DNA of 36,910 nucleotides. Origin: Betaproteobacteria bacterium (GTDB lineage: Bacteria > Pseudomonadota > Gammaproteobacteria > Burkholderiales > SG8-41). Below are positions 1 through 10,946 of this stretch, piece after piece (positions within the stretch are counted from its first letter, which is position 1; the number at the start of each line of letters is the position of its first letter). The notes below the pieces were generated by a model. That model had not been told where the DNA came from. It worked only from the letters and a program-made list of their open reading frames with translations, and searched no databases. The DNA lies in the NCBI GenBank assembly GCA_023266245.1, contig JAHFRO010000020.1:1-36910 (forward strand), read 5' to 3'. Made by a program: the position numbers and the translations under genes.

Positions 1-24
1 GCGTGCCGTGGAGGAGGGTTGCGG

Positions 25-1041
25 ATGGATGTGACGGTTGCCATCGATTGCATGGGCGGCGATCACGGCGCGCACGTCACCGTGCCGGCGGTGCTGAACC
101 TCATGCGCCGCGATCCGGAAATCTCGTTCATCCTGGTCGGACGTCGCGAGGCGATCGAGCGCGAGCTGGCACGCCTCGGCGCCGCACCGGGCGCGCGGCT
201 CAGGGTCCAGCACGCGAGCGAAGTCGTCGAGATGGATGAATCGCCTGTGACGGCGCTGCGCAACAAGAAGGACTCCTCGATACGCGTCGCGGTCAACCTG
301 GTCAAGCACGGCGAGGCCGCGGCCTGCGTCAGCGCCGGCAATACCGGCGCCGTGATGGCGATCTCGCGCTTCGTGCTGAAAACCTTGCCCGGCATCGACC
401 GTCCGGCGATTGCCGCCATTTTGCCGACGCTCAAGGGCCACACCTATATCCTCGACCTCGGCGCCAACGTCAACTGCACGCCCGAGCATCTGCTGCAGTT
501 CGGCATCATGTGCGCGGAGCTGGTGAGCTCGATCGAGCACAAGGAACGCCCCACTGTGGGCCTGCTCAACATCGGCGTGGAAGACATCAAGGGCAACGAG
601 CTGGTGAAGCGTGCCGCGGAACTGATGCGCGCGAGTGGTCTTAATTTCTATGGTTACGTCGAAGGTGACGATATCTACAAAGGCACTACCGACGTGGTGG
701 TGTGCGACGGTTTTGTCGGCAACGTTGCGCTCAAGACCTCGGAAGGACTGGCGCAGATGCTCGCCACCTATCTGCGCGAGGAATTCGGCCGCAATCCTTT
801 TACCCGACTCGCCAGGCTGGTAGCGCTGCCGGTGATCAACACCTTCAAGCGCCGCGTCGACCACCGCCGCTACAACGGCGCCAGCCTGCTGGGCTTGCGT
901 GGCATCGTCGTCAAGAGCCACGGCTCGGCCGACGGGTTCAGCTTCGAGTTCGCCATCCAGCGTGCGGTGGATGAAGCGCGCAGCGGTGTGCTCGCGCACA
1001 TCACCGAGCGCATGGCGGCCATACACAAGAGTGCGGCGTGA
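25..1041 (+). CDS. plsX: Phosphate acyltransferase PlsX
   Basis: ORF 19..1041. The N-terminus '[11 protein letters not shown]' and the overall sequence are PlsX-like. ATG at 25 lies 6 nt after GGAGGAGGG (10-18). GTGA stop/start overlap with fabH; sits at the head of the fab cluster. Confidence 0.9.
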   Translation: MDVTVAIDCMGGDHGAHVTVPAVLNLMRRDPEISFILVGRREAIERELARLGAAPGARLRVQHASEVVEMDESPVTALRNKKDSSIRVAVNLVKHGEAAACVSAGNTGAVMAISRFVLKTLPGIDRPAIAAILPTLKGHTYILDLGANVNCTPEHLLQFGIMCAELVSSIEHKERPTVGLLNIGVEDIKGNELVKRAAELMRASGLNFYGYVEGDDIYKGTTDVVVCDGFVGNVALKTSEGLAQMLATYLREEFGRNPFTRLARLVALPVINTFKRRVDHRRYNGASLLGLRGIVVKSHGSADGFSFEFAIQRAVDEARSGVLAHITERMAAIHKSAA

Positions 1042-2003
1042 ACAGCAACTACTCCAGGATAGTCGGCACCGGCAGCTATCTCCCGGCAAAAGTGCTGACC
1101 AACCATGACCTCGAGCGCATGGTGAACACCTCCGACGAGTGGATCTACAGTCGCACCGGAATCCGTCAGCGGCACATCGCGGCGGACGGGGAAAGCACGA
1201 GCGATCTGGCGCTGCACGCCAGCCGCAATGCGATCGCGGCAGCCGGTATCACGCCACGGGACCTCGATCTCATCGTGGTGGCGACCACCACGCCCGACAT
1301 GGTGTTTCCGAGCACGGCGTGCATACTGCAATCCAAGCTCGGCATCAGGAACTGTCCGGCGTTCGACGTGCAGGCGGTGTGCAGCGGTTTCATCTACGGG
1401 CTCGCCACCGCTGACCAGTTCATGCGTTCGGGACGCTATCGCCACGCGCTGGTGGTGGCAGCGGAGATCTATTCCCGCATCCTGGACTGGACTGACCGCA
1501 GCACCTGCGTGCTGTTCGGCGACGGCGCAGGGGCGGTCGTGCTCCGGCGCAGCGATGCCCCGGGCATCCTGTCGAGCCATCTGCACGCCGACGGGTCATA
1601 CGCCAGGATGCTGTCAGTGCCGGGAACGGTGTGCGGAGGCAAGGTGAGCGGCCGGCCGTTGCTGCAGATGGACGGCGGCGGGGTATTCAGGTTCGCGGTC
1701 AGGGTGCTTGATGAAATCGTCGAGGAAACGCTGGCGGCGAACCAGTTGCGGAAGACCGACATCAACTGGCTGATCCCGCATCAGGCCAACATCCGTATCA
1801 TCCACGCCACCGCGAAAAAGCTCGGCCTGAGCATGGAAAAAGTGGTGGTGACGGTGGACCGCCACGCCAATACCTCGGCCGCTTCCATCCCCCTCGCGCT
1901 CGACGAGGCGGTGCGCGACGGGCGCCTCCGCTCCGGGCAGCACGTGCTGATGGAGGCTGTCGGCGGCGGCTTCACCTGGGGCGCGGTGCTGGTCAAATGG
2001 TAG
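1038..2003 (+). CDS. fabH: 3-oxoacyl-ACP synthase III (KAS III)
   Basis: ORF 1038..2003, GTG start overlapping the plsX stop. Active-site context '[10 protein letters not shown]', 'IPHQANIRI' and C-terminal 'GGGFTWGA' are typical of FabH. Synteny supports the call. Confidence 0.93.
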   Translation: MNSNYSRIVGTGSYLPAKVLTNHDLERMVNTSDEWIYSRTGIRQRHIAADGESTSDLALHASRNAIAAAGITPRDLDLIVVATTTPDMVFPSTACILQSKLGIRNCPAFDVQAVCSGFIYGLATADQFMRSGRYRHALVVAAEIYSRILDWTDRSTCVLFGDGAGAVVLRRSDAPGILSSHLHADGSYARMLSVPGTVCGGKVSGRPLLQMDGGGVFRFAVRVLDEIVEETLAANQLRKTDINWLIPHQANIRIIHATAKKLGLSMEKVVVTVDRHANTSAASIPLALDEAVRDGRLRSGQHVLMEAVGGGFTWGAVLVKW

Positions 2004-2077
2004 TTTCGAGTTGCGAGTTTCTGGTTTCGAGTTAAAACCCCATAAACTCGCATTGTGAAGAAACAAGAAAACCGGTC

Positions 2078-3010
2078 ATGAAATTCGCGATGGTATTTCC
2101 GGGGCAGGGCTCGCAGTCGGTGGGCATGATGCAGGCCTTCGTCGAATCGAAGGCGGTGCGCCAGGTCTTCACCGAGGCTTCCGAGGCGCTGGAGCAGGAC
2201 CTGTGGAAACTGGTGACAGAAGGCCCGCCGGAGGAACTCAATGCCACGGTCAACACCCAGCCGGTGATGCTCACCGCGGGTTACGCGGTATACCGCGCGT
2301 GGCGCGAGGCGGGCGGCACCGAGCCGGCACTGGTCGCCGGCCACAGCCTCGGTGAATATACGGCGTTGGTGGCGGCGGGTGTGGTCACCTTCCGCGATGC
2401 GCTGCCGCTGGTGCGCTTCCGCGCGCAAGCGATGCAGGAAGCAGTGCCGATGGGACAAGGCGCGATGGCGGCGATCTTCGGACTCGATGACGAAGCGGTA
2501 CTCGTCGCGTGCCGCGAAGCCGCGCAGGGCGAAGTCGCCGAGCCGGTCAACTTCAATGCGCCGAGCCAGGTCGTGATCGCCGGCCACAAGGCCGCGGTGG
2601 AACGTGCCGTGACGGCGGCGAAAGCCAAAGGCGCGAAACGCGCGGTGATGCTGCCCGTGAGCGCGCCGTTTCATTCCTCGCTGTTAAAACTCGCCGCCGA
2701 GCGGTTGTCGGGATATCTCGGGAAAGTAAGCTTCAGTGCACCCCGGATTCCGGTCGTCAATAACGTGGACGTCGCCGTGGAAAACGATCCGCAGCGCATC
2801 AAGAATGCGCTTGCGCGGCAGGCCTGCAATCCAGTGCGCTGGGTGGAGGTGGTGCGCCGCATCGCTGGAATGGGAATCGCACATGTAGCGGAGTGCGGGC
2901 CGGGCAAGGTGCTGGCGGGATTGACCAAGCGTATCGAAGACAACCTTCAGGGCTACGCGATCAGCGATCCGTCAGCGCTGACGCAAACGTTGCAGGCGCT
3001 GCAATCATGA
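2078..3010 (+). CDS. fabD: Malonyl-CoA:ACP transacylase
   Basis: ORF 2078..3010. Starts 'FPGQGSQ' and carries the 'GHSLGEY' active-site serine motif. Synteny supports the call. Confidence 0.93.
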   Translation: MKFAMVFPGQGSQSVGMMQAFVESKAVRQVFTEASEALEQDLWKLVTEGPPEELNATVNTQPVMLTAGYAVYRAWREAGGTEPALVAGHSLGEYTALVAAGVVTFRDALPLVRFRAQAMQEAVPMGQGAMAAIFGLDDEAVLVACREAAQGEVAEPVNFNAPSQVVIAGHKAAVERAVTAAKAKGAKRAVMLPVSAPFHSSLLKLAAERLSGYLGKVSFSAPRIPVVNNVDVAVENDPQRIKNALARQACNPVRWVEVVRRIAGMGIAHVAECGPGKVLAGLTKRIEDNLQGYAISDPSALTQTLQALQS

Positions 3011-3750
3011 TGATCGAAGGAAAAGTCGCTCTCGTTACCGGCGCCTCGCGCGGCATCGGCCAGGCGATTGCGCTGGAACTCGGCAGGCACGGCGCAGTGG
3101 TGGCCGGGACCGCGACTGCCGCTGCGGGCGCGGACAACATCAAGCGGCAACTGGCCGGCGCCGGCGTCAAAGGCACCGGCATGGTACTGAACGTCAACGA
3201 CGCGCAGCAGGCCGAGTCGATCGTGGCCGGGATCCAGGAACAGTTCGGTGACATTGCCATCCTCGTCAACAATGCCGGCATCACGCGCGACAACCTGCTG
3301 GTGCGCATGAAGGACGGGGAGTGGGATGAAATCATGGCGACCGACCTCAAATCGGTGTACCGCCTGTCCAAGCTCGTGCTGCGCGGCATGATGAAGGCGC
3401 GCTTCGGCCGCATCATCAATATCACTTCCGTGGTCGGGGTGACCGGCAACGCCGGCCAGACCAATTACGCCGCAGCCAAGGCCGGCATCATCGGTTTTTC
3501 CAAGTCGCTCGCGCGCGAAATCGGCAGCCGCAACATCACCGTCAACTGCATCGCCCCCGGCTTCATCGATACCGATATGACGCGGTCGCTCGACGCAGCG
3601 CAACGCAAGGCACTCATCCAGCAGATCCCCCTCGGGCGCCTCGGGCGGCCGGGAGACGTCGCCGCCGCAGTGCTGTTTCTGGCTTCCCCCGGGGCGGACT
3701 ACATCACCGGGTGCACCCTGCACGTGAACGGCGGAATGCACATGGACTGA
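3007..3750 (+). CDS. fabG: 3-oxoacyl-ACP reductase (SDR)
   Basis: ORF 2893..3750 trimmed to the ATG at 3007 (ATGA overlap with the fabD stop). 'VALVTGASRGIG' Rossmann motif and 'YAAAKAG' YxxxK catalytic motif. Confidence 0.93.
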   Translation: MMIEGKVALVTGASRGIGQAIALELGRHGAVVAGTATAAAGADNIKRQLAGAGVKGTGMVLNVNDAQQAESIVAGIQEQFGDIAILVNNAGITRDNLLVRMKDGEWDEIMATDLKSVYRLSKLVLRGMMKARFGRIINITSVVGVTGNAGQTNYAAAKAGIIGFSKSLAREIGSRNITVNCIAPGFIDTDMTRSLDAAQRKALIQQIPLGRLGRPGDVAAAVLFLASPGADYITGCTLHVNGGMHMD

Positions 3751-3794
3751 GGTATTTGGCATTGAATATTCGAGGCTTTTTTGCCAACTGAATC

Positions 3795-3803
3795 TGGTAA
3801 AAT
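3795..3803 (+). promoter_or_regulatory. Candidate extended -10 promoter element (TGgTAAAAT) for acpP
   Basis: 'tggtaaaat' at 3795-3803 in the fabG-acpP spacer fits TGnTATAAT. The nearest -35-like hexamer, TTGCCA (3781-3786), is only 11 nt away, so the call relies on the extended -10 alone. E. coli acpP is known to have its own promoter. Confidence 0.35.
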
Positions 3804-3896
3804 AGCGCCCTGATTCGATACCGACTGCCCCCGCAAAAGCCGGGCCTTTGGTTCAGCCACGAGCACGCTTCATCCTGTAGAGGAAAGGGAACCTGA

Positions 3897-4136
3897 ATGG
3901 AAAACATCGAGCAACGCGTCAATAAGATTGTTGCCGAACAACTGGGTGTCAACGAGACGGACGTCAAGAGCGAGTCTTCGTTCGTGAACGACCTCGGCGC
4001 GGATTCGCTCGACACCGTTGAACTGGTGATGGCGCTCGAGGAGGAGTTCGAGATCGAGATCCCGGACGAGGAAGCTGAAAAGATCGCCACCGTCCAGCAG
4101 GCTGTTGACTACATCAAGGCCCACCTCAAATCTTGA
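3897..4136 (+). CDS. acpP: Acyl carrier protein
   Basis: 79-aa ORF with the phosphopantetheine-attachment motif '[12 protein letters not shown]'. Near-canonical AcpP sequence. RBS aggaaaggg upstream. Confidence 0.97.
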   Translation: MENIEQRVNKIVAEQLGVNETDVKSESSFVNDLGADSLDTVELVMALEEEFEIEIPDEEAEKIATVQQAVDYIKAHLKS

Positions 4137-4169
4137 GAGGCTCCAGCGCCAACCCGGTCCGGAGCGAAT

Positions 4170-5408
<1,239 letters not shown>

Positions 5409-5435
5409 CGCCGCGCTTCGCGGCGCATCCTGTCC

Positions 5436-6248
5436 ATGATTCTGGTCAACGGCGCGGTGGCAGACAGCGTCGCCGTCACCGACCGCGGGCTCGCTTACGG
5501 CGACGGAGTGTTCCGCACCCTGCTGATCAAACAGGGCAAGCCGCGGTGCTGGCAGCGGCACTACCGCAAGCTCGCGCATGACTGCGCGACGCTCGCCATT
5601 CCGTGTCCGGCGGAAACGGTATTGCGCGAAGAACTGGAACGCGCGGCCGGCAGTGAAGCCGAGTGTGTAGCCAAGCTCATCGTTACACGCGGCAGCGGCG
5701 TGCGCGGCTACGCACAGCCCGAGCGGCTTTTCCCCACTCGCATCGTGATGACTCAGCCCATGCCCCGGTACCCCGTGGAATTCATGGAACGCGGCGTCAC
5801 GGTTCGGCTGTGTTCGACGCGACTGGCGTTCCAGCCGCGGCTCGCCGGCATCAAGCACCTCAACCGCCTGGAAAACGTCCTCGCGCGCGCCGAGTGGAGC
5901 GACGCACAAACGGCCGAGGGGCTCATGCTGGACCCGGAAGGCAACGCGATCTGCGGCACTATGACCAATCTCTTTATCGTCGAGAAGGACGCGCTCACTA
6001 CTCCCGAGCTTTCGCGCTGTGGGGTGGCCGGCATCACGCGCGAGCGCCTGCTGGAAGCCGCCGTCCGCCACGGCGTGGAGTGTCGCGTCGAACAGCTTCC
6101 GCTTGAACGAGTGTGCTCGGCGCAGGAAGTGCTGCTCGTCAATAGCGTAATCGGCGTGTGGCAGGTGAAGAAGCTTTCTGACCGCGCCTGGCAGCCCGGA
6201 CGATCTGCGTCACGCGTGCGACAATGGCTCGATGAGCAGGAAGACTAA
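5436..6248 (+). CDS. pabC: Aminodeoxychorismate lyase (class IV aminotransferase fold)
   Basis: 270-aa ORF with class IV aminotransferase-like sequence ('YGDGVFRT', 'KHLNRLENVLA'). Its position directly after fabF and before mltG matches E. coli. Confidence 0.75.
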   Translation: MILVNGAVADSVAVTDRGLAYGDGVFRTLLIKQGKPRCWQRHYRKLAHDCATLAIPCPAETVLREELERAAGSEAECVAKLIVTRGSGVRGYAQPERLFPTRIVMTQPMPRYPVEFMERGVTVRLCSTRLAFQPRLAGIKHLNRLENVLARAEWSDAQTAEGLMLDPEGNAICGTMTNLFIVEKDALTTPELSRCGVAGITRERLLEAAVRHGVECRVEQLPLERVCSAQEVLLVNSVIGVWQVKKLSDRAWQPGRSASRVRQWLDEQED

Positions 6249-7245
6249 CAGCAGGCTCGTGGTGCTGCTCGGCGCGGTGCTGGTATGCATGGGGCTCGTC
6301 GCCGGCTGGTTCATCTATTACGCAAACAGCGAGCTGCCGATCGGACATCAGCCCCGTCAGTTCAGTCTCAAGGCGGGCAGCAGCTTGCGCAGCGCGGCGC
6401 AGCAGATGACGGAAGCGGGCGTGTTATCCAGCCCCGAGCTATTCGTGATCCTGGCACGGCTACTGGGCGAAGAAGGCAACGTCAAGGCCGGCAACTACGA
6501 GGTTGACCCGCCGCTCACGCCGCATGGCCTGCTGCGCAAGGTCACACGCGGCGACTACACGCTGGTTGCGATCACCTTTCCCGAGGGCTGGACGTTCAGG
6601 CAGATGCGCAAGGCGCTCGACGAGCATGCGGCGGTCAAACACGAGATCGCGGGCCTGAAGGACGCCGAGATTCAGCAGCGCCTTTCGATCAACGAGCCGT
6701 CACCCGAGGGGTGGTTCTTCCCCGATACCTATCACTTCAGCCACGGCACCAGCGATCTCGTGATCCTGCGTCGGGCCCACCGGCTGATGCAGTCACACCT
6801 CGGCGCGCAGTGGGAGCAGCGCGCCCAGGACCTGCCGCTGGCAAATCCTTACGAAGCGCTGATACTGGCTTCCATCATCGAAAAAGAAACGGGCAAGGCC
6901 GAGGAGCGCCCACTGATCGCGGCCGTTTTCGTGAACCGGCTGCGCCGCGGCATGAGGCTGCAAGCCGACCCCACCGTGATCTACGGCATGGGGGAGAGCT
7001 TCGACGGCAATTTGCGCAAGCGCGATCTCGTTACCGACACCCCCTACAATACTTACACGCGCGTAGGGCTGCCGCCGACCCCAATCGCGATGCCGGGGCT
7101 CGCTGCACTCACGGTGGCACTGAACCCCGCGAAGAGCGACGTGCTCTATTTCGTTTCCAAGGGCGATGGTTCTTCATTATTCTCGCGTACGCTAGGTGAG
7201 CACGATCGAGCCGTGACAAAATATCAAAAGTGGGGACGACGTTGA
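6232..7245 (+). CDS. mltG: Endolytic murein transglycosylase MltG (YceG family)
   Basis: 337-aa ORF with an N-terminal TM helix. YceG-like core ('ILASIIEKET', 'LQADPTVIYG', 'YNTYTRVGLPPTPI'). Synteny supports the call. Confidence 0.88.
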   Translation: MSRKTNSRLVVLLGAVLVCMGLVAGWFIYYANSELPIGHQPRQFSLKAGSSLRSAAQQMTEAGVLSSPELFVILARLLGEEGNVKAGNYEVDPPLTPHGLLRKVTRGDYTLVAITFPEGWTFRQMRKALDEHAAVKHEIAGLKDAEIQQRLSINEPSPEGWFFPDTYHFSHGTSDLVILRRAHRLMQSHLGAQWEQRAQDLPLANPYEALILASIIEKETGKAEERPLIAAVFVNRLRRGMRLQADPTVIYGMGESFDGNLRKRDLVTDTPYNTYTRVGLPPTPIAMPGLAALTVALNPAKSDVLYFVSKGDGSSLFSRTLGEHDRAVTKYQKWGRR

Positions 7246-7871
7246 TGCGCGGCAAGTTCATCACCCTCGAAGGCATAGACGGTGCGGGCAAGAGCACGCA
7301 TCTCGATTGGCTTGCGCAGTTCCTTGCACGACGCGGCATCAAGGTCAAGGTGACACGTGAGCCGGGCGGCACTGCGCTCGGCGAAAAGCTGCGCGAGCTG
7401 ATGTTGCATGGTAACGTGCGGCTTCATCCTGAAACCGAGGCGCTGCTCATGTTCGCGGCGCGGCGCGAGCATCTCGAGAAGGTGATCGTGCCCGCTCTTG
7501 AGAACGGCGCCTGGGTGTTGTGCGACCGTTTCACCGACGCCACCTACGCCTACCAGTCCGGCGGCAGCGGTGTGGCCTGGGACAAGATAGCGGTGCTGGA
7601 GCAATGGGTCCAGCACGAGCTGCAGCCCGATCTCACCGTCCTGTTCGACGTCAGCCCCGAAGTCGGCCGGCAACGGGGGAAGCGGGGGAAAACGGCGGAC
7701 CGCTTCGAGCGCGAAGAGAAGGCCTATTTCCGGCGCGTGCGGCAGGCGTACCTGCGCCGGGCCAAGGAATACCCGGATCGAGTGCACGTTATTGATGCCA
7801 ATAGCAGCGTTTCCACGGTTCAGAAACGACTTGAAGATATTTTTACATCCTATTGTTCTATAACGAGTTAA
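7245..7871 (+). CDS. tmk: Thymidylate kinase
   Basis: ORF 7230..7871 trimmed to the ATG at 7245, which overlaps the mltG TGA by 1 nt. P-loop 'LEGIDGAGKST', 'DRF.DATYAYQ'. Confidence 0.92.
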   Translation: MRGKFITLEGIDGAGKSTHLDWLAQFLARRGIKVKVTREPGGTALGEKLRELMLHGNVRLHPETEALLMFAARREHLEKVIVPALENGAWVLCDRFTDATYAYQSGGSGVAWDKIAVLEQWVQHELQPDLTVLFDVSPEVGRQRGKRGKTADRFEREEKAYFRRVRQAYLRRAKEYPDRVHVIDANSSVSTVQKRLEDIFTSYCSITS

Positions 7872-7872
7872 C

Positions 7873-8892
7873 ATGTTTTACATGATTGGTTCCTGGCACC
7901 AGGCGCAGTTTCAAACGTTGCTGGCACGCAAAACCCGGCTGCCGCATGCGCTGCTGATCCGCGGTCCGGAGGGTATCGGCAAGCTTGCGTTTGCCCGGGC
8001 ACTGGCGCAGGCCTTGTTGTGCGAGCGCCCGGCCGCCGACGGCTCGGCCTGTGGCGCGTGCATCGCATGCGCCTGGCTGGGGCAGGGCGGTCATCCGGAT
8101 TTTCGCCAACTCGAGCCCGAAGGTGCATCCCAAGGCGGCGATGAAGAGCAGGGCGGGGAGAAGAAAGCAAGCGTGCAGATCGCGGTCGAACAGGTGCGTG
8201 ATCTCGCGGACTTCATCAATTTGTCGAGCCACCGCGGTGGGGCCCGGGTCGTGCTGATCCATCCGGCTGAAGCCCTGAACCTCAACGCCGCCAACGCGCT
8301 GCTCAAGAACCTCGAGGAACCCCCTCCGCAAACCTACTTCCTGCTGGTGGCACACCGCTGGCACCAGCTGCTGCCGACCATCAAGAGCCGCTGCCAGCAG
8401 GTGGTATTGCCCGCACCCGATGCCGGGAGCGCGCGCGCCTGGCTCAAGGCACAGGGATCGCATGATCCTGAACTGGCGTTCGCCCATTCCGGCGGTGCGC
8501 CGCTGCTGGCGCTGAAATTTGACGAGGATTACTGGCGCGCGCGCGAACTGCTCCTCGATCGGATCGCCGCGTCCGATTTTGATCCGCTCGATGCGGCCGA
8601 ACAGCTGCGCGACCTTGCGCCGCCGCTCGCCGTGGCGCTGCTGCAGAAATGGTCCTTCGATCTTGCGTTTCACAAGGTGACGGGAAGCGTGCGTTATAAC
8701 CCGGATCGCGCCGAGGCGGTCGTGGCGGCGGCGGCGCGCCTCGATGCGCTTGCAGCGCTGCGCTTTCACCGCCAGCTGGTGAGATTGCAACGTGTCATTC
8801 ATCATCCCCTGAATCCGCGCCTGTTTCTGGAGCAGCTCTTCCTGTCCTACGCCGAACTATTGCGTGGCCACGACCTGAAACAGGCCGCCTGA
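7873..8892 (+). CDS. holB: DNA polymerase III delta' subunit
   Basis: 339-aa ORF. 'HALLIRGPEGIGK' with a Cys-rich zinc module 'CGACIACAW', 'LLKNLEEPP' and 'TIKSRCQ' clamp-loader motifs. Synteny after tmk. Confidence 0.85.
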   Translation: MFYMIGSWHQAQFQTLLARKTRLPHALLIRGPEGIGKLAFARALAQALLCERPAADGSACGACIACAWLGQGGHPDFRQLEPEGASQGGDEEQGGEKKASVQIAVEQVRDLADFINLSSHRGGARVVLIHPAEALNLNAANALLKNLEEPPPQTYFLLVAHRWHQLLPTIKSRCQQVVLPAPDAGSARAWLKAQGSHDPELAFAHSGGAPLLALKFDEDYWRARELLLDRIAASDFDPLDAAEQLRDLAPPLAVALLQKWSFDLAFHKVTGSVRYNPDRAEAVVAAAARLDALAALRFHRQLVRLQRVIHHPLNPRLFLEQLFLSYAELLRGHDLKQAA

Positions 8893-8916
8893 CGGCACGC
8901 AGTGCCGCCCTTGCCC

Positions 8917-9705
8917 ATGCTGGTCGACTCACACTGTCATCTTGATTTTCCCGAGCTCGCGGGCAATCTCGATGCGGTGATGGCCTTGATGCGAGAAAAC
9001 CGTGTTACGCATGCGCTGTGCGTGAGCGTGACGCTGCAGGATTTTCCGCGGGTGAGGGTGCTCGCCGAACGCTATCCCCAGCTCTACGCCTCGGTCGGCG
9101 TCCATCCGAATTACCCCGATGTGCCCGAGGTTTCGGCGGAGGAGCTGGTGGGGTTCGCCGATCATCCGAAGGTCGTCGCTATCGGTGAAACCGGGCTCGA
9201 CTACTACCGCATCAAGGACGATCGCGAGTGGCAGCGCCAGCGCTTCCGCACCCACATCCGCGCCGCGCGTCGTTGCGGCAAGCCGCTCATCATCCACATG
9301 CGGGAAGCGGCGCCGGACACGCTACGCATCATGCGCGAAGAGGGCGCGGGCGAGGCAGGAGGGGTCATGCACTGCTTCACCGGAAGCTGGGAGGTGGCCC
9401 AGGCGGCGATGGAGCTCGGATTCTACATTTCGTTTTCCGGTATCGTCACCTTCAAGAACGCCCAAGCGTTAAAGGAGGTGGCGAAGCGGGTGCCGCTCGA
9501 GCGCATGCTGATCGAGACCGACTCTCCCTACCTTGCGCCGGTGCCATTTCGGGGGAAAACCAACGAGCCCGGACTGGTCAAATATGTGGCCGAGGAGATC
9601 GCGCGCCTGCGGGGCGCCACCCTGGGACAGATCGCGTCCGCAACCAGCGGAAATTTTTTCAGATTATTCAAACTGAAAGTAACAGATTTTCATGAAACGC
9701 ATTAG
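8917..9705 (+). CDS. ycfH: TatD-family metal-dependent hydrolase (YcfH-like)
   Basis: ORF 8902..9705 (GTG) trimmed to the ATG at 8917, giving 'MLVDSHCHLDF'. 'GETGLDYY', 'IHMREA' and 'ETDSPYL' motifs. Same position as E. coli ycfH. Confidence 0.85.
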   Translation: MLVDSHCHLDFPELAGNLDAVMALMRENRVTHALCVSVTLQDFPRVRVLAERYPQLYASVGVHPNYPDVPEVSAEELVGFADHPKVVAIGETGLDYYRIKDDREWQRQRFRTHIRAARRCGKPLIIHMREAAPDTLRIMREEGAGEAGGVMHCFTGSWEVAQAAMELGFYISFSGIVTFKNAQALKEVAKRVPLERMLIETDSPYLAPVPFRGKTNEPGLVKYVAEEIARLRGATLGQIASATSGNFFRLFKLKVTDFHETH

Positions 9706-10330
9706 GGAATTCGTCATCTGTGGCCTGTGGTTGACAGTGTGCGGCGGTGCCGTCGCCGGGGTATACGAGGACATGATCCAGGCCATCAGTATTGACGATG
9801 AGAGGACGGTGGCCGCGCTGCTTAAAAAGGGTGTTGACGTGGACACGGTAAGCCCCGATGGAGAAACCCTCCTGATGCTTGCAGCAAAGGAGGGGAAGCC
9901 CAGTATGGTCAAAACCCTACTGTTTGCGCGTCCAAAGCTCAACGCACGCAACGCCTTTGGCGAAACCGCCTTAATGCTGGCCGTTTTCAGGGGCCATACC
10001 GAGGTGGTACGGCACCTATTGGCCCAAGGGGCGGCAGTCAACCATCCAGGCTGGACCCCGCTGATCTATGCCGCAGTCCATAACCGCATGGACATCGCAC
10101 GCATCCTGATCGGCCACGGTGCCCAAGTAAACGCTCAAGCGGACAACGGCACCACCGCGCTGATGATGGCGGCACGTGAAGGACACTTGCCGATGGTGCT
10201 GTTGCTACTTGAGCACGGCGCCGACATCAACCACAAGACGAACGCCGGCTACACCGCGCTGGAGATGGCGCTTGACCACGGGCGGCGCGAGGTGGCAGAG
10301 ATCCTAATCAAGGCCGGTGCAGCCCGGTAG
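9692..10330 (+). CDS. Secreted ankyrin-repeat protein
   Basis: 212-aa ORF with a hydrophobic N-terminal signal-like segment 'FVICGLWLTVCGGAVAG'. It is followed by about five ankyrin repeats ('GETLLMLAAKEGK', 'GETALMLAVFRGH', 'GWTPLIYAAVHNR', 'GTTALMMAAREGH', 'GYTALEMALDHGR'). Overlaps the ycfH 3' end by 14 nt. Confidence 0.8.
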   Translation: MKRIREFVICGLWLTVCGGAVAGVYEDMIQAISIDDERTVAALLKKGVDVDTVSPDGETLLMLAAKEGKPSMVKTLLFARPKLNARNAFGETALMLAVFRGHTEVVRHLLAQGAAVNHPGWTPLIYAAVHNRMDIARILIGHGAQVNAQADNGTTALMMAAREGHLPMVLLLLEHGADINHKTNAGYTALEMALDHGRREVAEILIKAGAAR

Positions 10331-10525
10331 CCCGGCATCAGTGTAGGAAACCGCAGGTACCGGCCTGGCACTGACTTCCTGAGGGCTGTGGACGGTGGGC
10401 TTGGACTAGCCTTAACTACGTATAATGTATATTATGTTAAATTACTCCATTAACGATATCCGGACTTGGGTTGTCAGGCACTCCCCTTTTGAAAACACTA
10501 GATACACCAATCCTTCCGCAGTCAC

Positions 10526-10553
10526 CTTGGGGTGCTTTGCTTGGGGTGCTTTG
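10526..10553. repeat. Perfect 14-bp tandem duplication (cttggggtgctttg x2)
   Basis: Read directly: 10526-10539 and 10540-10553 are identical. Lies in the AT-richer spacer upstream of the 95-aa ORF. Confidence 0.9.
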
Positions 10554-10658
10554 GAACGCATTGTGGCGACTGTGCGATACCTGACCATATAGAGCAAGGT
10601 CTAGCCCCAGGTTGCCTGTAATCTGCGGTGAGCGGCGTCCAGCCGCGGAGCATCAAGA

Positions 10659-10946
10659 ATGGCAGAAGATGAGATAACCCAGTGGCTGGTTAAGCGGGGC
10701 CGCAAGCGCGATCTGAGCATCGAACTTGCAAAGCAACTGGCCGCCGAGTCCCGCCTGGGGTGGTACATCGCCCCTTACGAACACAACCGCTTCACGGTCG
10801 GAAAGATCACCCTACAGAAGCTGTCGACGCGCCACGCCCTGACTGACGACAATAGCAAGGTGCTCACTTTTGCCAGCGTCGAGGAAGCGAGGACGTTCCT
10901 GCGTGACGAACTGAAGGTGCTGATGCCCTACGTGTTCAACGTCTAG
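10659..10946 (+). CDS. Hypothetical protein, 95 aa, no recognisable family
   Basis: ORF 10659..10946 with GGAG 8 nt upstream of the ATG. Codon third positions are moderately GC-biased. I recognise no motif. Confidence 0.45.
   Translation: MAEDEITQWLVKRGRKRDLSIELAKQLAAESRLGWYIAPYEHNRFTVGKITLQKLSTRHALTDDNSKVLTFASVEEARTFLRDELKVLMPYVFNV

Noticed and set aside
2893-3006. In-frame N-terminal extensions offered by the ORF track. Examples: fabG from 2893, tmk from 7230, efp from 22594, nagZ to 24914, era to 27533, rnc to 28194, DUF4845 to 28570, lepB to 29460, rseB to 34078, rpoE to 35029, DUF1178 to 19510.
   Set aside because: Each extension overlaps the preceding gene or lacks similarity to the family. 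Internal starts give canonical N-termini and often form ATGA/GTGA coupling overlaps or follow a Shine-Dalgarno sequence.
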